Assembly: GCA_003173895.1 (NCBI GenBank)
Contig: PJMG01000022.1
Location: forward strand, 67,454 to 131,453
DNA length: 64,000 nt
Direction of reading: 5' to 3'
Source: Candidatus Levyibacteriota bacterium
GTDB taxonomy: Bacteria; Patescibacteriota; Microgenomatia; Levybacterales; UBA12049
Shown: in pieces, positions 41,765 to 50,470 of the stretch
Layout of the letters: every line of letters begins with the position of its first letter
How positions within the stretch are numbered: the first letter of the stretch is position 1
Translations under genes and position numbers: made by a program
The notes under the pieces: model-generated
The model's input: only the letters and a program-made list of their open reading frames with translations
The model's database searches: none
Told to the model about the DNA's origin: nothing

Positions 41765-42019
41765 TTAATTTATTGTTATAAAATTACCTAATTTTATTTC
41801 TTTCGCTCCTCGTGAAACTGTGGCCACTCCAACTCCTAATTTTTCAGCAATTTCATGCTGTGGGGTGCCTTTTTTGAGCATTTTTACTATTTGTATTCTT
41901 TGCTCAAATTCCGCTATTTCACTTGGCGTAAAAAGTCCTTTTGCTAAGTTCTTCATTTCTTTTTCATCCTTAGCTTTTAGTAAACTTTTAATCAAGCTGT
42001 TCATGAATTTAAATATCAT
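41765..42019 (-). CDS. TrpR/YerC/YecD-family HTH DNA-binding protein
   Basis: C-terminal HTH GTPQHEIAEKLGVGVATVSRGAK, typical of the Trp-repressor-like family. Confidence 0.7.
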   Translation of the reverse strand: MIFKFMNSLIKSLLKAKDEKEMKNLAKGLFTPSEIAEFEQRIQIVKMLKKGTPQHEIAEKLGVGVATVSRGAKEIKLGNFITIN

Positions 42020-42022
42020 TAT

Positions 42023-42035
42023 ACTAGTACACTAG
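42023..42035. promoter_or_regulatory. candidate TrpR-like operator (CTAG half-sites 8 bp apart) in a divergent promoter region
   Basis: aCTAGtacaCTAG in the 58-nt intergenic region between the trpR-like gene and the peptidase gene. Spacing matches the E. coli trp operator CTAG repeats. Confidence 0.3.
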
Positions 42036-42077
42036 AATAATGTCAAGTGCTAATTTTATTTTTGATATAATCAACAA

Positions 42078-43145
42078 ATGCCAGATAATATTTTAAATAC
42101 TTTTTTAGAACTTTTAGCTATTGGTGCTCCTTCTACACAAGAAGGAAAAATTGGTAACTATATTTTAAACAAACTTAATATGTTAGGTTTTAAAACAGAA
42201 AAAGATGAAATAGGAAATATTTTAGGATTTTTAGAGGGAAATGGTGAAGCATTATTTTTATCTGCGCATTTAGATCGAGTTCCACTGGGATTAGGAAATA
42301 AACCAATTATTAATGGAGATATTATAAAAAGTGATGGGACTACTAATTTAGGGGCTGATGATGCAGCAGGTATAGCAATAATTTTAGAGGCTTTAAAAGA
42401 AATTGTTGAAAATAAAATTGCTCATCCATCTATTTTAGTAACCTTTACAGTTCAAGAAGAAATTGGTTTAAAAGGGGCAAGAAACATAAATTTATCTAAA
42501 TATAATATTAAGTATGGAATTGCTTATGATAATGCAGGCAAAGTCGGAACATTAATAAATAAAGCTTCTTCATATACCGCATTTGATTTAGAAATCATAG
42601 GAAAAAGTGTTCATCCAGGAAAAGAATTAAATCAAACGATTAATACTTTTAAAATTACTCAAGAAATTGATTTCATGATTGGAGAATCAGAAGACAAGCA
42701 AACTAGAATTAATGTCGGATTAGCTGAAATTGGTAAAGCAAGAAATATTACTCCAGGTGTGGGAAAAATAAGTGGTGAAATTAGAAGCTTTTTAGGTGAA
42801 GAAAAATTAAAAGAAATAATTTCTAAATTAAAAAATAATATAAAAACTATTTGTGATAAATATCACGCAAAATATAAATTAACTTTTACTAAACATGCAA
42901 ATGCATATTCAATAGATGAAAATGAAACTTTAGCTCAGAAGTACAAAAAAGTTCGCGCAAATAATTTTCAAGCAAACTCTACGTTTATTGCCAGCGATAC
43001 GAGTGTTTTTCGTGGAGAAAAAGAATTAAAAGTATTTACTATTTCTACAGGCGTAGAAAATGAACATACTGTAGATGAATTTATAAGATTTAGTAATTTA
43101 ATAAAGTTAAAAAATGATTTAGTAAATTTGATAAAATCACTTTAA
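42078..43145 (+). CDS. M20/M42-family metallopeptidase (aminopeptidase-like)
   Basis: SAHLDRVPLG, GADDAAGIAIILEA metal-ligand blocks. 355 aa. Confidence 0.6.
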   Translation: MPDNILNTFLELLAIGAPSTQEGKIGNYILNKLNMLGFKTEKDEIGNILGFLEGNGEALFLSAHLDRVPLGLGNKPIINGDIIKSDGTTNLGADDAAGIAIILEALKEIVENKIAHPSILVTFTVQEEIGLKGARNINLSKYNIKYGIAYDNAGKVGTLINKASSYTAFDLEIIGKSVHPGKELNQTINTFKITQEIDFMIGESEDKQTRINVGLAEIGKARNITPGVGKISGEIRSFLGEEKLKEIISKLKNNIKTICDKYHAKYKLTFTKHANAYSIDENETLAQKYKKVRANNFQANSTFIASDTSVFRGEKELKVFTISTGVENEHTVDEFIRFSNLIKLKNDLVNLIKSL

Positions 43146-43150
43146 TAATT

Positions 43151-43771
43151 ATGTGGAAACCAACCCTATCACCATTTAGAAAATATAAAAAAGAAGTTTT
43201 TAAAAAAGATGCTCTGGTAGCTGATTTTATTTATCAAATTGGGGAGTATGAAAAATTAAGAGAAGTCTCTAAAGAAATTTCAGTAAATAAAATTACATCT
43301 AAAGAATATCAAAAAAAATTTAAATATATTAAAACTTGTCTTTTAAAATATAGAAAATTAACTGGAACTGGTCGCGGTATTACTGGAGTTCAATTAGGAA
43401 TACCAGAACGATTTTCTGTAATTTACACACGTGAAGAATTAAAAATTATAGTTAATCCAATCGTAACTAAGGTTTCTAATAAACAATTTATTTATCCTGA
43501 AATGTGTATGAGTGCAAATCCAATAATAGCACCCACAATCAGACCTGCTTGGATAGAGTTCACATATTATGATGAAAAAGGTGAGAAACAAATGTGGATT
43601 ACTAAAGATAATACTGATCAAGGTAAAATTTTAAATCGAGTTTTTCAACACGAAATAGATCACATGGAAGGAATAATAAATATAGATCTTTGTAAATCTC
43701 GCGATTTAATTTTAGAATCAGATCCTAAATTCTACGACAACGCTAAATTCAAAGAAGTTAAAAATGTTTAA
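43151..43771 (+). CDS. def: peptide deformylase
   Basis: GVQLGIPERF (motif 1), EMCMS (EGCLS-like) and QHEIDHMEG (HExxH). Confidence 0.85.
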   Translation: MWKPTLSPFRKYKKEVFKKDALVADFIYQIGEYEKLREVSKEISVNKITSKEYQKKFKYIKTCLLKYRKLTGTGRGITGVQLGIPERFSVIYTREELKIIVNPIVTKVSNKQFIYPEMCMSANPIIAPTIRPAWIEFTYYDEKGEKQMWITKDNTDQGKILNRVFQHEIDHMEGIINIDLCKSRDLILESDPKFYDNAKFKEVKNV

Positions 43772-44327
43772 TCTCCAAAAATTAGTAGATAAAATTATTT
43801 TCTTAAAAAAAGAAAACCAAAATCTCTTGATTGCCATTGATGGTCGGGGAGGTTCTGGTAAAACTACATTTGCGAAAATACTACAAAACAAACTATCTAA
43901 CTCCATTATTTTCCATTTAGATGAATTTAATTATCCACTTATCAAGGAGGATTATCAAAAATTAGTAAAACAGATAATTACTCCTTTAAAGAATAATCAA
44001 AAAGCAATTTTTCAAGTCTATAATTATAAAAATAAAATATATAAAGATTTTAAAAAAATTGATTCAAATAAAATTATAATTTTTGAAGGAGTAACTACAC
44101 TAAGTCTAAATTTAGAAAAATATTTTGACTATAAAATTTGGATTCAGTGTCCAATAAAAATTGGAAATAAAAGAGGAATTCAGAGAGAATTGAAATTAAC
44201 TGGCAATGATATTACAAATATTTGGAATAATTTTAAAATTTCTGAAGAAAAATATATTAATGATGAAAAACCAGAAAATAATGCAAACTTAATTATCGAT
44301 TATAAAGATTTAGAAAATCTATCTTAA
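43764..44327 (+). CDS. P-loop nucleoside/nucleotide kinase (uridine-kinase-like)
   Basis: IAIDGRGGSGKTT Walker A. Confidence 0.55.
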   Translation: MFNLQKLVDKIIFLKKENQNLLIAIDGRGGSGKTTFAKILQNKLSNSIIFHLDEFNYPLIKEDYQKLVKQIITPLKNNQKAIFQVYNYKNKIYKDFKKIDSNKIIIFEGVTTLSLNLEKYFDYKIWIQCPIKIGNKRGIQRELKLTGNDITNIWNNFKISEEKYINDEKPENNANLIIDYKDLENLS

Positions 44328-45509
44328 CCATTTTTTCTTATATTCTAAAAATCTATTTTCATTTATTGCATCTCTTATTTCTTCCATTAATTTATTTAAA
44401 AAATAAACATTATGGTAGCTAGCTAATTTATAGCCTAAAAGTTCATGAGCTCTAAACAAATGGTGAATATATGCAGTCGTATAATTTCTACACACTTTAC
44501 AGTCACATTTGTTATTTAATGATCCTTTTTCTTTTTCAAATTCTCGTTTGGTAATATCAATTCTAAATTTATTTTTTTCATTACCTATAGGTGGATGTAC
44601 AAAAATATTTCCTACCCTACCCATACGAGTCGGAATAACACAATCAAAAGTATCTACTCCTCGTTCTACCGCATTTAAGATATCATCTACTTCGCCAATA
44701 CCTAATAAATGCTTAGGCTTTACCTCATCAACATTCTCCACAGTCCACGAAATTACATCATATAGATTTTCTTTACTTTCGTGTGCTCCTCCTAATGCGA
44801 TAGCATTAAAATGTTTATCATTAAATTTAGCCGATTCTATTCTAAGATCTTTAAATTTTCCCCCATGAGTTACTCCATAAAGCAATTGACTTTTCTTTTT
44901 ATGCGCTTTTACAGATCTAATTAACCAACGTGCTGTTAAATCTAAGGATTTTTTAGTTTCTTCATAGGAGTATTTAGGACTTTCTAAATCGTCAAATCCT
45001 ACGATTAAATCTGCACCTAATTTTTCTTGGATTTTAATAGAAATTTCAGGAGATAAAAATTTTTTAGCCCCATCTATATGTGACTGAAAAGTTACTCCCT
45101 TTTCTGAAATTTTATTTAGCCTAGGTTTAGAAACTCCAACTTCATCTTTTAAGAGCTTCCCTACACCTTGTTCTAAACTAACACCGAGTGAGAAAACTTG
45201 AAATCCACCACTATCTGTCATAACTGGACCATGCCAATTCATGAATTCTGAAACTCCACCAAATTTAGAGATTAAATTTTCACCCGGCTGTAAAAATAAA
45301 TGATAAGTATTAGCTAAAACCCCCTGAACACCAATTTCTAATAAATCATATGGATCTAAACTTTTAACTGTCGCTTTAGTACCTACCGGGAAAATATATG
45401 GAGTCTCTATACTACCTCTAGTAGTTTTAATAACACCAGTTCTGGCTTTAGTTTTAGTATCTTTATGAGTTATTTCAAAAGTAGGAGTTTTATTAAAAAT
45501 ATCTAACAT
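44319..45509 (-). CDS. tgt: queuine tRNA-ribosyltransferase
   Basis: DSGGFQVFSLG, catalytic Asp context and the zinc site CDCKVCRNYTTAYIHHL. Confidence 0.9.
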   Translation of the reverse strand: MLDIFNKTPTFEITHKDTKTKARTGVIKTTRGSIETPYIFPVGTKATVKSLDPYDLLEIGVQGVLANTYHLFLQPGENLISKFGGVSEFMNWHGPVMTDSGGFQVFSLGVSLEQGVGKLLKDEVGVSKPRLNKISEKGVTFQSHIDGAKKFLSPEISIKIQEKLGADLIVGFDDLESPKYSYEETKKSLDLTARWLIRSVKAHKKKSQLLYGVTHGGKFKDLRIESAKFNDKHFNAIALGGAHESKENLYDVISWTVENVDEVKPKHLLGIGEVDDILNAVERGVDTFDCVIPTRMGRVGNIFVHPPIGNEKNKFRIDITKREFEKEKGSLNNKCDCKVCRNYTTAYIHHLFRAHELLGYKLASYHNVYFLNKLMEEIRDAINENRFLEYKKKWLR

Positions 45510-45549
45510 TAATTCTGAATTATAAATTACGCATTCTAAATTATCTAAG

Positions 45550-45622
45550 TACCAGGGATGAGAGTCGAACTCATGACCGCAGCGTTATGAATGCTGTGCT
45601 CTAACCACTGAGCTACCCTGGC
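45550..45622 (-). tRNA. tRNA-Met (anticodon CAU; elongator-type or Ile2/lysidine type)
   Basis: Minus strand gccaggg-ta-gctc-agtggtta-gagc-a-cagca-ttCATaa-cgctg-cggtc-atgag-ttcgact-ctcat-ccctggt-a. Cloverleaf with a G1·U72 pair. Confidence 0.85.
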
Positions 45623-45695
45623 AAAATCATATTCAGAGTATATCAATTTACGGCTTCCTAAATCAATAAAATCTTGGTATAATTTATTTCTAATG

Positions 45696-45764
45696 CGCGG
45701 GGTAGTGTACGGTGCACATGAGGCTCATAATCTTATAGGCTGGGTTCAACTCCTAGCCCCGCAA
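45696..45764 (+). tRNA. tRNA-Met(CAU), initiator-like with a C1·A72 mismatch, reduced and unusual cloverleaf
   Basis: CGCGGGG...CCCCGCA-A ends nearly identical to E. coli tRNA-fMet. Anticodon loop CTCATAA, T-arm CTGGG-TTCAACT-CCTAG. Only a 3-bp D-stem and a weak anticodon stem (TGAGG/TCTTA with two G·U pairs). About 69 nt with no encoded CCA. Confidence 0.6.
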
Positions 45765-45866
45765 CACAGTTGATTTTAGACTGATTTAACAGGTTAAATT
45801 AACATCCACACATTCTCCATATAAAATACTTGCTAATTTTTATAGGACGAATTATAATCTCAGGAT

Positions 45867-46691
45867 ATGGCACAACAAAAATTAGAAATAGGTCAACAAG
45901 TACCAGCTACAGGAAGAACAATAAATCAAATATTACCATCCCTACCTCTTACTCCCGCATTCGGGAGTTTATTATGGACTTTAAGTGGACTTGCTCATAA
46001 AGATTTCGGGCAAGTAGCAGAAGGATTAGCAGGTTTAACCACTTCAATTGCAGTTGAATTTCCTATTGTTCGTAATGTTTCACGAAGAGGAAAGAGATTG
46101 ACAGAAATTTCCGTCTCAGAAAGAGTTGCAAATACACCCCTAGTTCAAGCAGAATCTCTAGCAATTCATATGGGGGCTGTAGATCTGTTATCCGATATGT
46201 TTCATTTGTCAGAAAAAACTAGATTTTCTTCAAATCAAATGGAATATTTACAGTTTGGAATTACTAAAAATCTTCTTAAACAACGCATTGATATAACAGA
46301 AGCAGCGCGTGTGGAAAAAGGTGATAAGACGCCGAAAAGCTCTTTACAGTTAACCGTAGAGAAAGCATATCTTACTCTTAATTCCCTCCAAACCCTATAC
46401 CTGCAACAACATCAAGAAAGCGAAATTAAATCTATTTCTATTAATAGAATGGCGGATGAGCTAGGAACTATCTTTGGTAATTTTCTCACAGATGCAGGAA
46501 CAAACTTAGCACTTGACTCTAAAGAGCTTATTTCTGCACAAGCAGAAGAATCCGATAGCATTCAAAACGAAGAAATAAAACAGCGATTGGCTTTGTTAAA
46601 AGGACATTTGCAAAAAAATGATAATATTGATTACGAAAAATTACATGCTGTTGATGATGCTATTAATACTGTTGTAGAGAGATATAAATAA
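45867..46691 (+). CDS. hypothetical protein (ORFan, higher GC than neighbours)
   Basis: 274-aa ORF with about 37% GC versus about 30% background and no recognisable motif. A perfect TATAAT lies 9 nt upstream of the ATG. Confidence 0.45.
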   Translation: MAQQKLEIGQQVPATGRTINQILPSLPLTPAFGSLLWTLSGLAHKDFGQVAEGLAGLTTSIAVEFPIVRNVSRRGKRLTEISVSERVANTPLVQAESLAIHMGAVDLLSDMFHLSEKTRFSSNQMEYLQFGITKNLLKQRIDITEAARVEKGDKTPKSSLQLTVEKAYLTLNSLQTLYLQQHQESEIKSISINRMADELGTIFGNFLTDAGTNLALDSKELISAQAEESDSIQNEEIKQRLALLKGHLQKNDNIDYEKLHAVDDAINTVVERYK

Positions 46692-46775
46692 CCTTCCACA
46701 AGATGTTTTTAACATTGGTTAAACCGAGTTCTAATTTACTCTAATCTTTACAACAGAACTTGTGGATATTAGAGA

Positions 46776-49001
46776 CTAACTGAGGTGTATTTCTTTATAT
46801 CTTTTAATAATAGCTATCTCAGATAAATAATCATTCATACTAACATAGTTCCCATTTCTTATAGCAAAATTTCCATAACCTCCAACCTGTGAATCGTACT
46901 CAAATAATGGTGTAGCTAAATCTCCTAAATCAATCCAGTCCTTTTTTAATCCAGTAGTTCCAATTTTATCCGTAGATGCATCTTCAGCACCAGCTATCCA
47001 AACCTCACCATTAGCTGTTTTACAGAATAAATAATCTAACTTACCATCTTTAGAAGGATATACTTCAATAGTAATTTCTCCATAAAGTTCTGTCTCTTGT
47101 TGCCAAGTCATTTTAGGTGCTTTATTTATATCTGGCTCATCATTTTCAGATGCAAAGATTAAATCTTCTGGCTTTGTTTTAGTTCCAGGCATAGTAAAAT
47201 GATTACTAATTCCTCCTATTACTCTAGCCCTTTCATTAACTTGTTCAAAGTAAGAAATATCTTCATGTCTTTCTGTAACAATTTTTCTTGCAGTACCCGC
47301 GAAAATTAATTCTGCATCGGAAATAGATCTTATTGGCATTCCTTTTTCAGAAATAGCTGCCAATGTTTTCTGCAGCTTAATAGGTAATGTTATGCTTACT
47401 TCATCTCTTCCCTTTCCATACCATACTACTCTACCTCCACGTTCTCTATATTGAGGTAAATATCTCCAAACACCTGTCGAATTACTTCTATAATAGGTTC
47501 TAGCGATAAACTTACCGTTAGTATCTTCCACATAAGCTAACACAGCAATTCTTCCATTATGTTTAGTATCATATGGTTGGGAAAACCATATAGTTTTTCC
47601 ACCAATCTCAGTCTTATATTCTGGTTGTAAACCTTCTCTTTTTATTATGTCTGAGTTTAATGCAGATCCATTAAAACTATCAGCATGAAATTCAGTATTT
47701 TTTAAAACCTTAATCCCTTCTGTATCTTCAGGTAATTCTATTTTAGGAGCTCTTAAGACATCTATATTGGTGGTTAATTGATCTACAAAATCTTTGATAT
47801 TAATATCATTAATATTAATTGGAATTTTTATATCAGAATTTACAGGTAATAAAACAATATTATTAATCCCAGATGCTAATGAGGGTGTTTTCTCTGGTGT
47901 AGGCCATAAATCTCTTCTATTTAAAATCCATCTAGTATCAAATATATTTCTTAAATTATGAGGAGTAATAAGTCCATCTTGGTAGCCGTCTCTAGATGCT
48001 GATTTAGTTCTTACTAGTAACACTTCTCCGCCATGACCAAATTCGTCTTTATTTTTATTTCTAACAAAAAATGTAAGTTCATTTGGGTCGGTTAATGTTT
48101 TTATAGATCTTCCATTTTGGGAATCTACAAATTTTACAGTGTAATTCTTAGGATCGTAAATTATTTCGTATATATTATTTCTAGCAGATGTAAATTGTAA
48201 TCTTACTAGATTCTCTGATTCCCTAGCTTTAGCGATATATTTAGCTAGAGCCAATACTTCTACCATAGTTCCAGACTTATGAATACTTTCTCCTGTTAAC
48301 ACTGTCATAGGATGAGAAAAATCTTTTACAGTTGAAAGATCTCTTACTCCAGATGGTGGAGCTTCCACTTGCTCTGATTTAGAATCTACCATGGAAAATC
48401 CAAATCCATATTTATCAGAAGTAAAATTAGGTTGTAAATGAAGTTTTTCTAATTGTTGAGTTTCTGCGTTAATAAATGTTATTTGTATCTCAGATTTATC
48501 ATCTCCTATTCTAATAGGAGTAACTGAAGAAACTGTTCCATATATATCTATATAATCATAAGTGTTTTTATCTAGGTATCTTAGTCCAACTTCCCAATTA
48601 TTATTTTCCAACCTAAGTGATATATTTGATGCTAATCCTTTTTTACTTTTTATTCCATCTTCTCTATTTATTTGTTTAATAGGAATAGTTATTTCAGAAA
48701 TTTTAACAGGAGCTTGATTAGAAACGTTAAGTTCAGAAATATCTTCTAAATTAATTACTGCTCCAGTCGGAAAGTCCGTTAGAGTATCATAGTATCTAAT
48801 AAGACCATGATCCTTACTTACTCCTAATCCACGCTTATTTCTAGTTGCCTTATTTAGCACCATAAGAGCTCTTTCTGCGCTGGGGTTAAATAGGGCAGCT
48901 AACTCTTGATCATTATCAAAAGATATGGGGCCTAAACCTGATTCTTGCTGTGCAAGTATACTCTTAAGAGAACCTAATTCTGTTTGTCTACCCATAAACA
49001 A
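46776..49001 (-). CDS. large hypothetical protein (741 aa, ORFan)
   Basis: Long uninterrupted ORF with elevated GC, no signal peptide or TM, and no Walker, nuclease or other motif I can recognise. Confidence 0.5.
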   Translation of the reverse strand: MFMGRQTELGSLKSILAQQESGLGPISFDNDQELAALFNPSAERALMVLNKATRNKRGLGVSKDHGLIRYYDTLTDFPTGAVINLEDISELNVSNQAPVKISEITIPIKQINREDGIKSKKGLASNISLRLENNNWEVGLRYLDKNTYDYIDIYGTVSSVTPIRIGDDKSEIQITFINAETQQLEKLHLQPNFTSDKYGFGFSMVDSKSEQVEAPPSGVRDLSTVKDFSHPMTVLTGESIHKSGTMVEVLALAKYIAKARESENLVRLQFTSARNNIYEIIYDPKNYTVKFVDSQNGRSIKTLTDPNELTFFVRNKNKDEFGHGGEVLLVRTKSASRDGYQDGLITPHNLRNIFDTRWILNRRDLWPTPEKTPSLASGINNIVLLPVNSDIKIPININDINIKDFVDQLTTNIDVLRAPKIELPEDTEGIKVLKNTEFHADSFNGSALNSDIIKREGLQPEYKTEIGGKTIWFSQPYDTKHNGRIAVLAYVEDTNGKFIARTYYRSNSTGVWRYLPQYRERGGRVVWYGKGRDEVSITLPIKLQKTLAAISEKGMPIRSISDAELIFAGTARKIVTERHEDISYFEQVNERARVIGGISNHFTMPGTKTKPEDLIFASENDEPDINKAPKMTWQQETELYGEITIEVYPSKDGKLDYLFCKTANGEVWIAGAEDASTDKIGTTGLKKDWIDLGDLATPLFEYDSQVGGYGNFAIRNGNYVSMNDYLSEIAIIKRYKEIHLS

Positions 49002-49083
49002 TATCTTATATTATTGCATCCCTACTGTCAATCTTGGAACCTCATACTTGTAAAAAGATTAATTATTCAAGGATAAATTAATT

Positions 49084-49542
49084 TTATCTATAAAGTGGAA
49101 TCATTTCTATAAGCTGAAGAGGTAAACCTTTTTTTAATTTTTCTACTACTTTTTCCGCACTACTGCCTGCGCGGAGATTACTTTGACTATTCTCTAAAAC
49201 TCTAGGACCAAAAATATTATCCAGGTCTTCTGGTCCTTCATAAATTATAACTGGTGATGGAGGCATTAGAGTTGGTGCTTCTGGAAGTAATCTTAGTGTA
49301 GCTACCCATGCTATTTGATCTCCATATTTTAATCCCATTTTAAAAGTTTCAATATTATTACCCCTAGCATTTTTAGTATAACTAAAAAGAATATCATCTT
49401 TATCTTTGTAAACTGCTTCTGTATCATCTGGAACTTCACCAAAAATAGTTCTCAATTCAGCAATTAAACTTAAATAATCTTCTACCCTGATTCTATCTTG
49501 ATTCCTAATTCTAGCTTCTGTCCTACTTGCATCTTCTAACAT
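49084..49542 (-). CDS. hypothetical protein (152 aa, ORFan)
   Basis: Same strand and composition as the 741-aa gene, which lies 82 nt upstream of it. Confidence 0.45.
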   Translation of the reverse strand: MLEDASRTEARIRNQDRIRVEDYLSLIAELRTIFGEVPDDTEAVYKDKDDILFSYTKNARGNNIETFKMGLKYGDQIAWVATLRLLPEAPTLMPPSPVIIYEGPEDLDNIFGPRVLENSQSNLRAGSSAEKVVEKLKKGLPLQLIEMIPLYR

Positions 49543-49618
49543 AGAAGAAGTATATCAAACAATTTAAGCCTGATCAATATTTTATAGGATACAATCTAAA
49601 TGTGTCTGAAATTAATTT

Positions 49619-49888
49619 TCAGTCAAATAAATCTTTAAGAGGTATTTTAAGTGCGCGAGCTACTTTTAGAAGTGTCATAAGAGTAGGATTTTTCTCTCCC
49701 CTCTCTACAAATCCCATATAACTTCTATCTACACCCACTTTAAAGGCTAAATCTTCTTGGCTCATATTTAAATCTATCCTCAAAGATTTAATCTTCTGAC
49801 CCAGTTTAATATGAGTTGATGAAAGTGCTTGCATGTTTTTATAGACTAAGCTAACGGAACTTAAGAGACCAGCTTCTGCTTGTAGCAT
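49619..49888 (-). CDS. XRE-family (Cro/CI-type) HTH transcriptional regulator
   Basis: LNMSQEDLAFKVGVDRSYMGFVERGEKNPTLMTLLKVARALKIP is an HTH_3 motif. Confidence 0.75.
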   Translation of the reverse strand: MLQAEAGLLSSVSLVYKNMQALSSTHIKLGQKIKSLRIDLNMSQEDLAFKVGVDRSYMGFVERGEKNPTLMTLLKVARALKIPLKDLFD

Positions 49889-49893
49889 TTAAA

Positions 49894-50163
49894 ATGAGAC
49901 TGTACTATAATGGGACTATAGGTAGCAATATGTATTCAAAAACATCTACATCTAACTCATTTTATGATTACGCTATTCATTTAGAAAATTACTTCCATTT
50001 ATTAGCTTTGCTTAGTCAAGTACTTCCAGAAGTAAAAACTGATAAAAAAGAAGCGTTGGAAAAAGAATTAGAAAATTTGTTTTTTTATTCCTTATATGCA
50101 GGCAATAGAATTGAAAAATTATTACAAGAATTTAAATCAAAATCAAATGATGACAAATCATAA
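49894..50163 (+). CDS. small hypothetical protein divergent from the XRE regulator
   Basis: 89-aa ORF. The true start may be the internal MYSK, giving a 40-nt divergent region. Confidence 0.3.
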   Translation: MRLYYNGTIGSNMYSKTSTSNSFYDYAIHLENYFHLLALLSQVLPEVKTDKKEALEKELENLFFYSLYAGNRIEKLLQEFKSKSNDDKS

Positions 50164-50470
50164 AAACAAGCAGAAGTGTGTTTTTTAATAACATTAAAAG
50201 TTTACTCTTTTATTATTTAGAGATGCTTGTCTTTTCAATTTTTGGTGAATTGGAATTTTCTCTTTAAAGAAATTTAGAAATTAAATTAAGTTTGGTGAGA
50301 AAATTCCACGAGCGAAGTCTGATGTTTTATTTTAAGTTAGATCAAACTTCCCTGAGCGCCACCAAAAATTGTGAAAGCAAACAACTCCCTAATGCTCGGG
50401 TAAATGTCTCTTTAAAAATACCTTCTGCGGGATTAATAGAAAAACAAATCTTTAAGCACAATCTATATTT

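Noticed and set aside
41820-42035. 71-aa plus-strand ORF
   Set aside because: Antisense to the TrpR-like gene, which has a clear HTH.
43439-43906. Minus-strand ORFs of 60 and 62 aa
   Set aside because: Antisense to def and to the kinase gene.
44509-44868. 119-aa plus-strand ORF
   Set aside because: Antisense to tgt.
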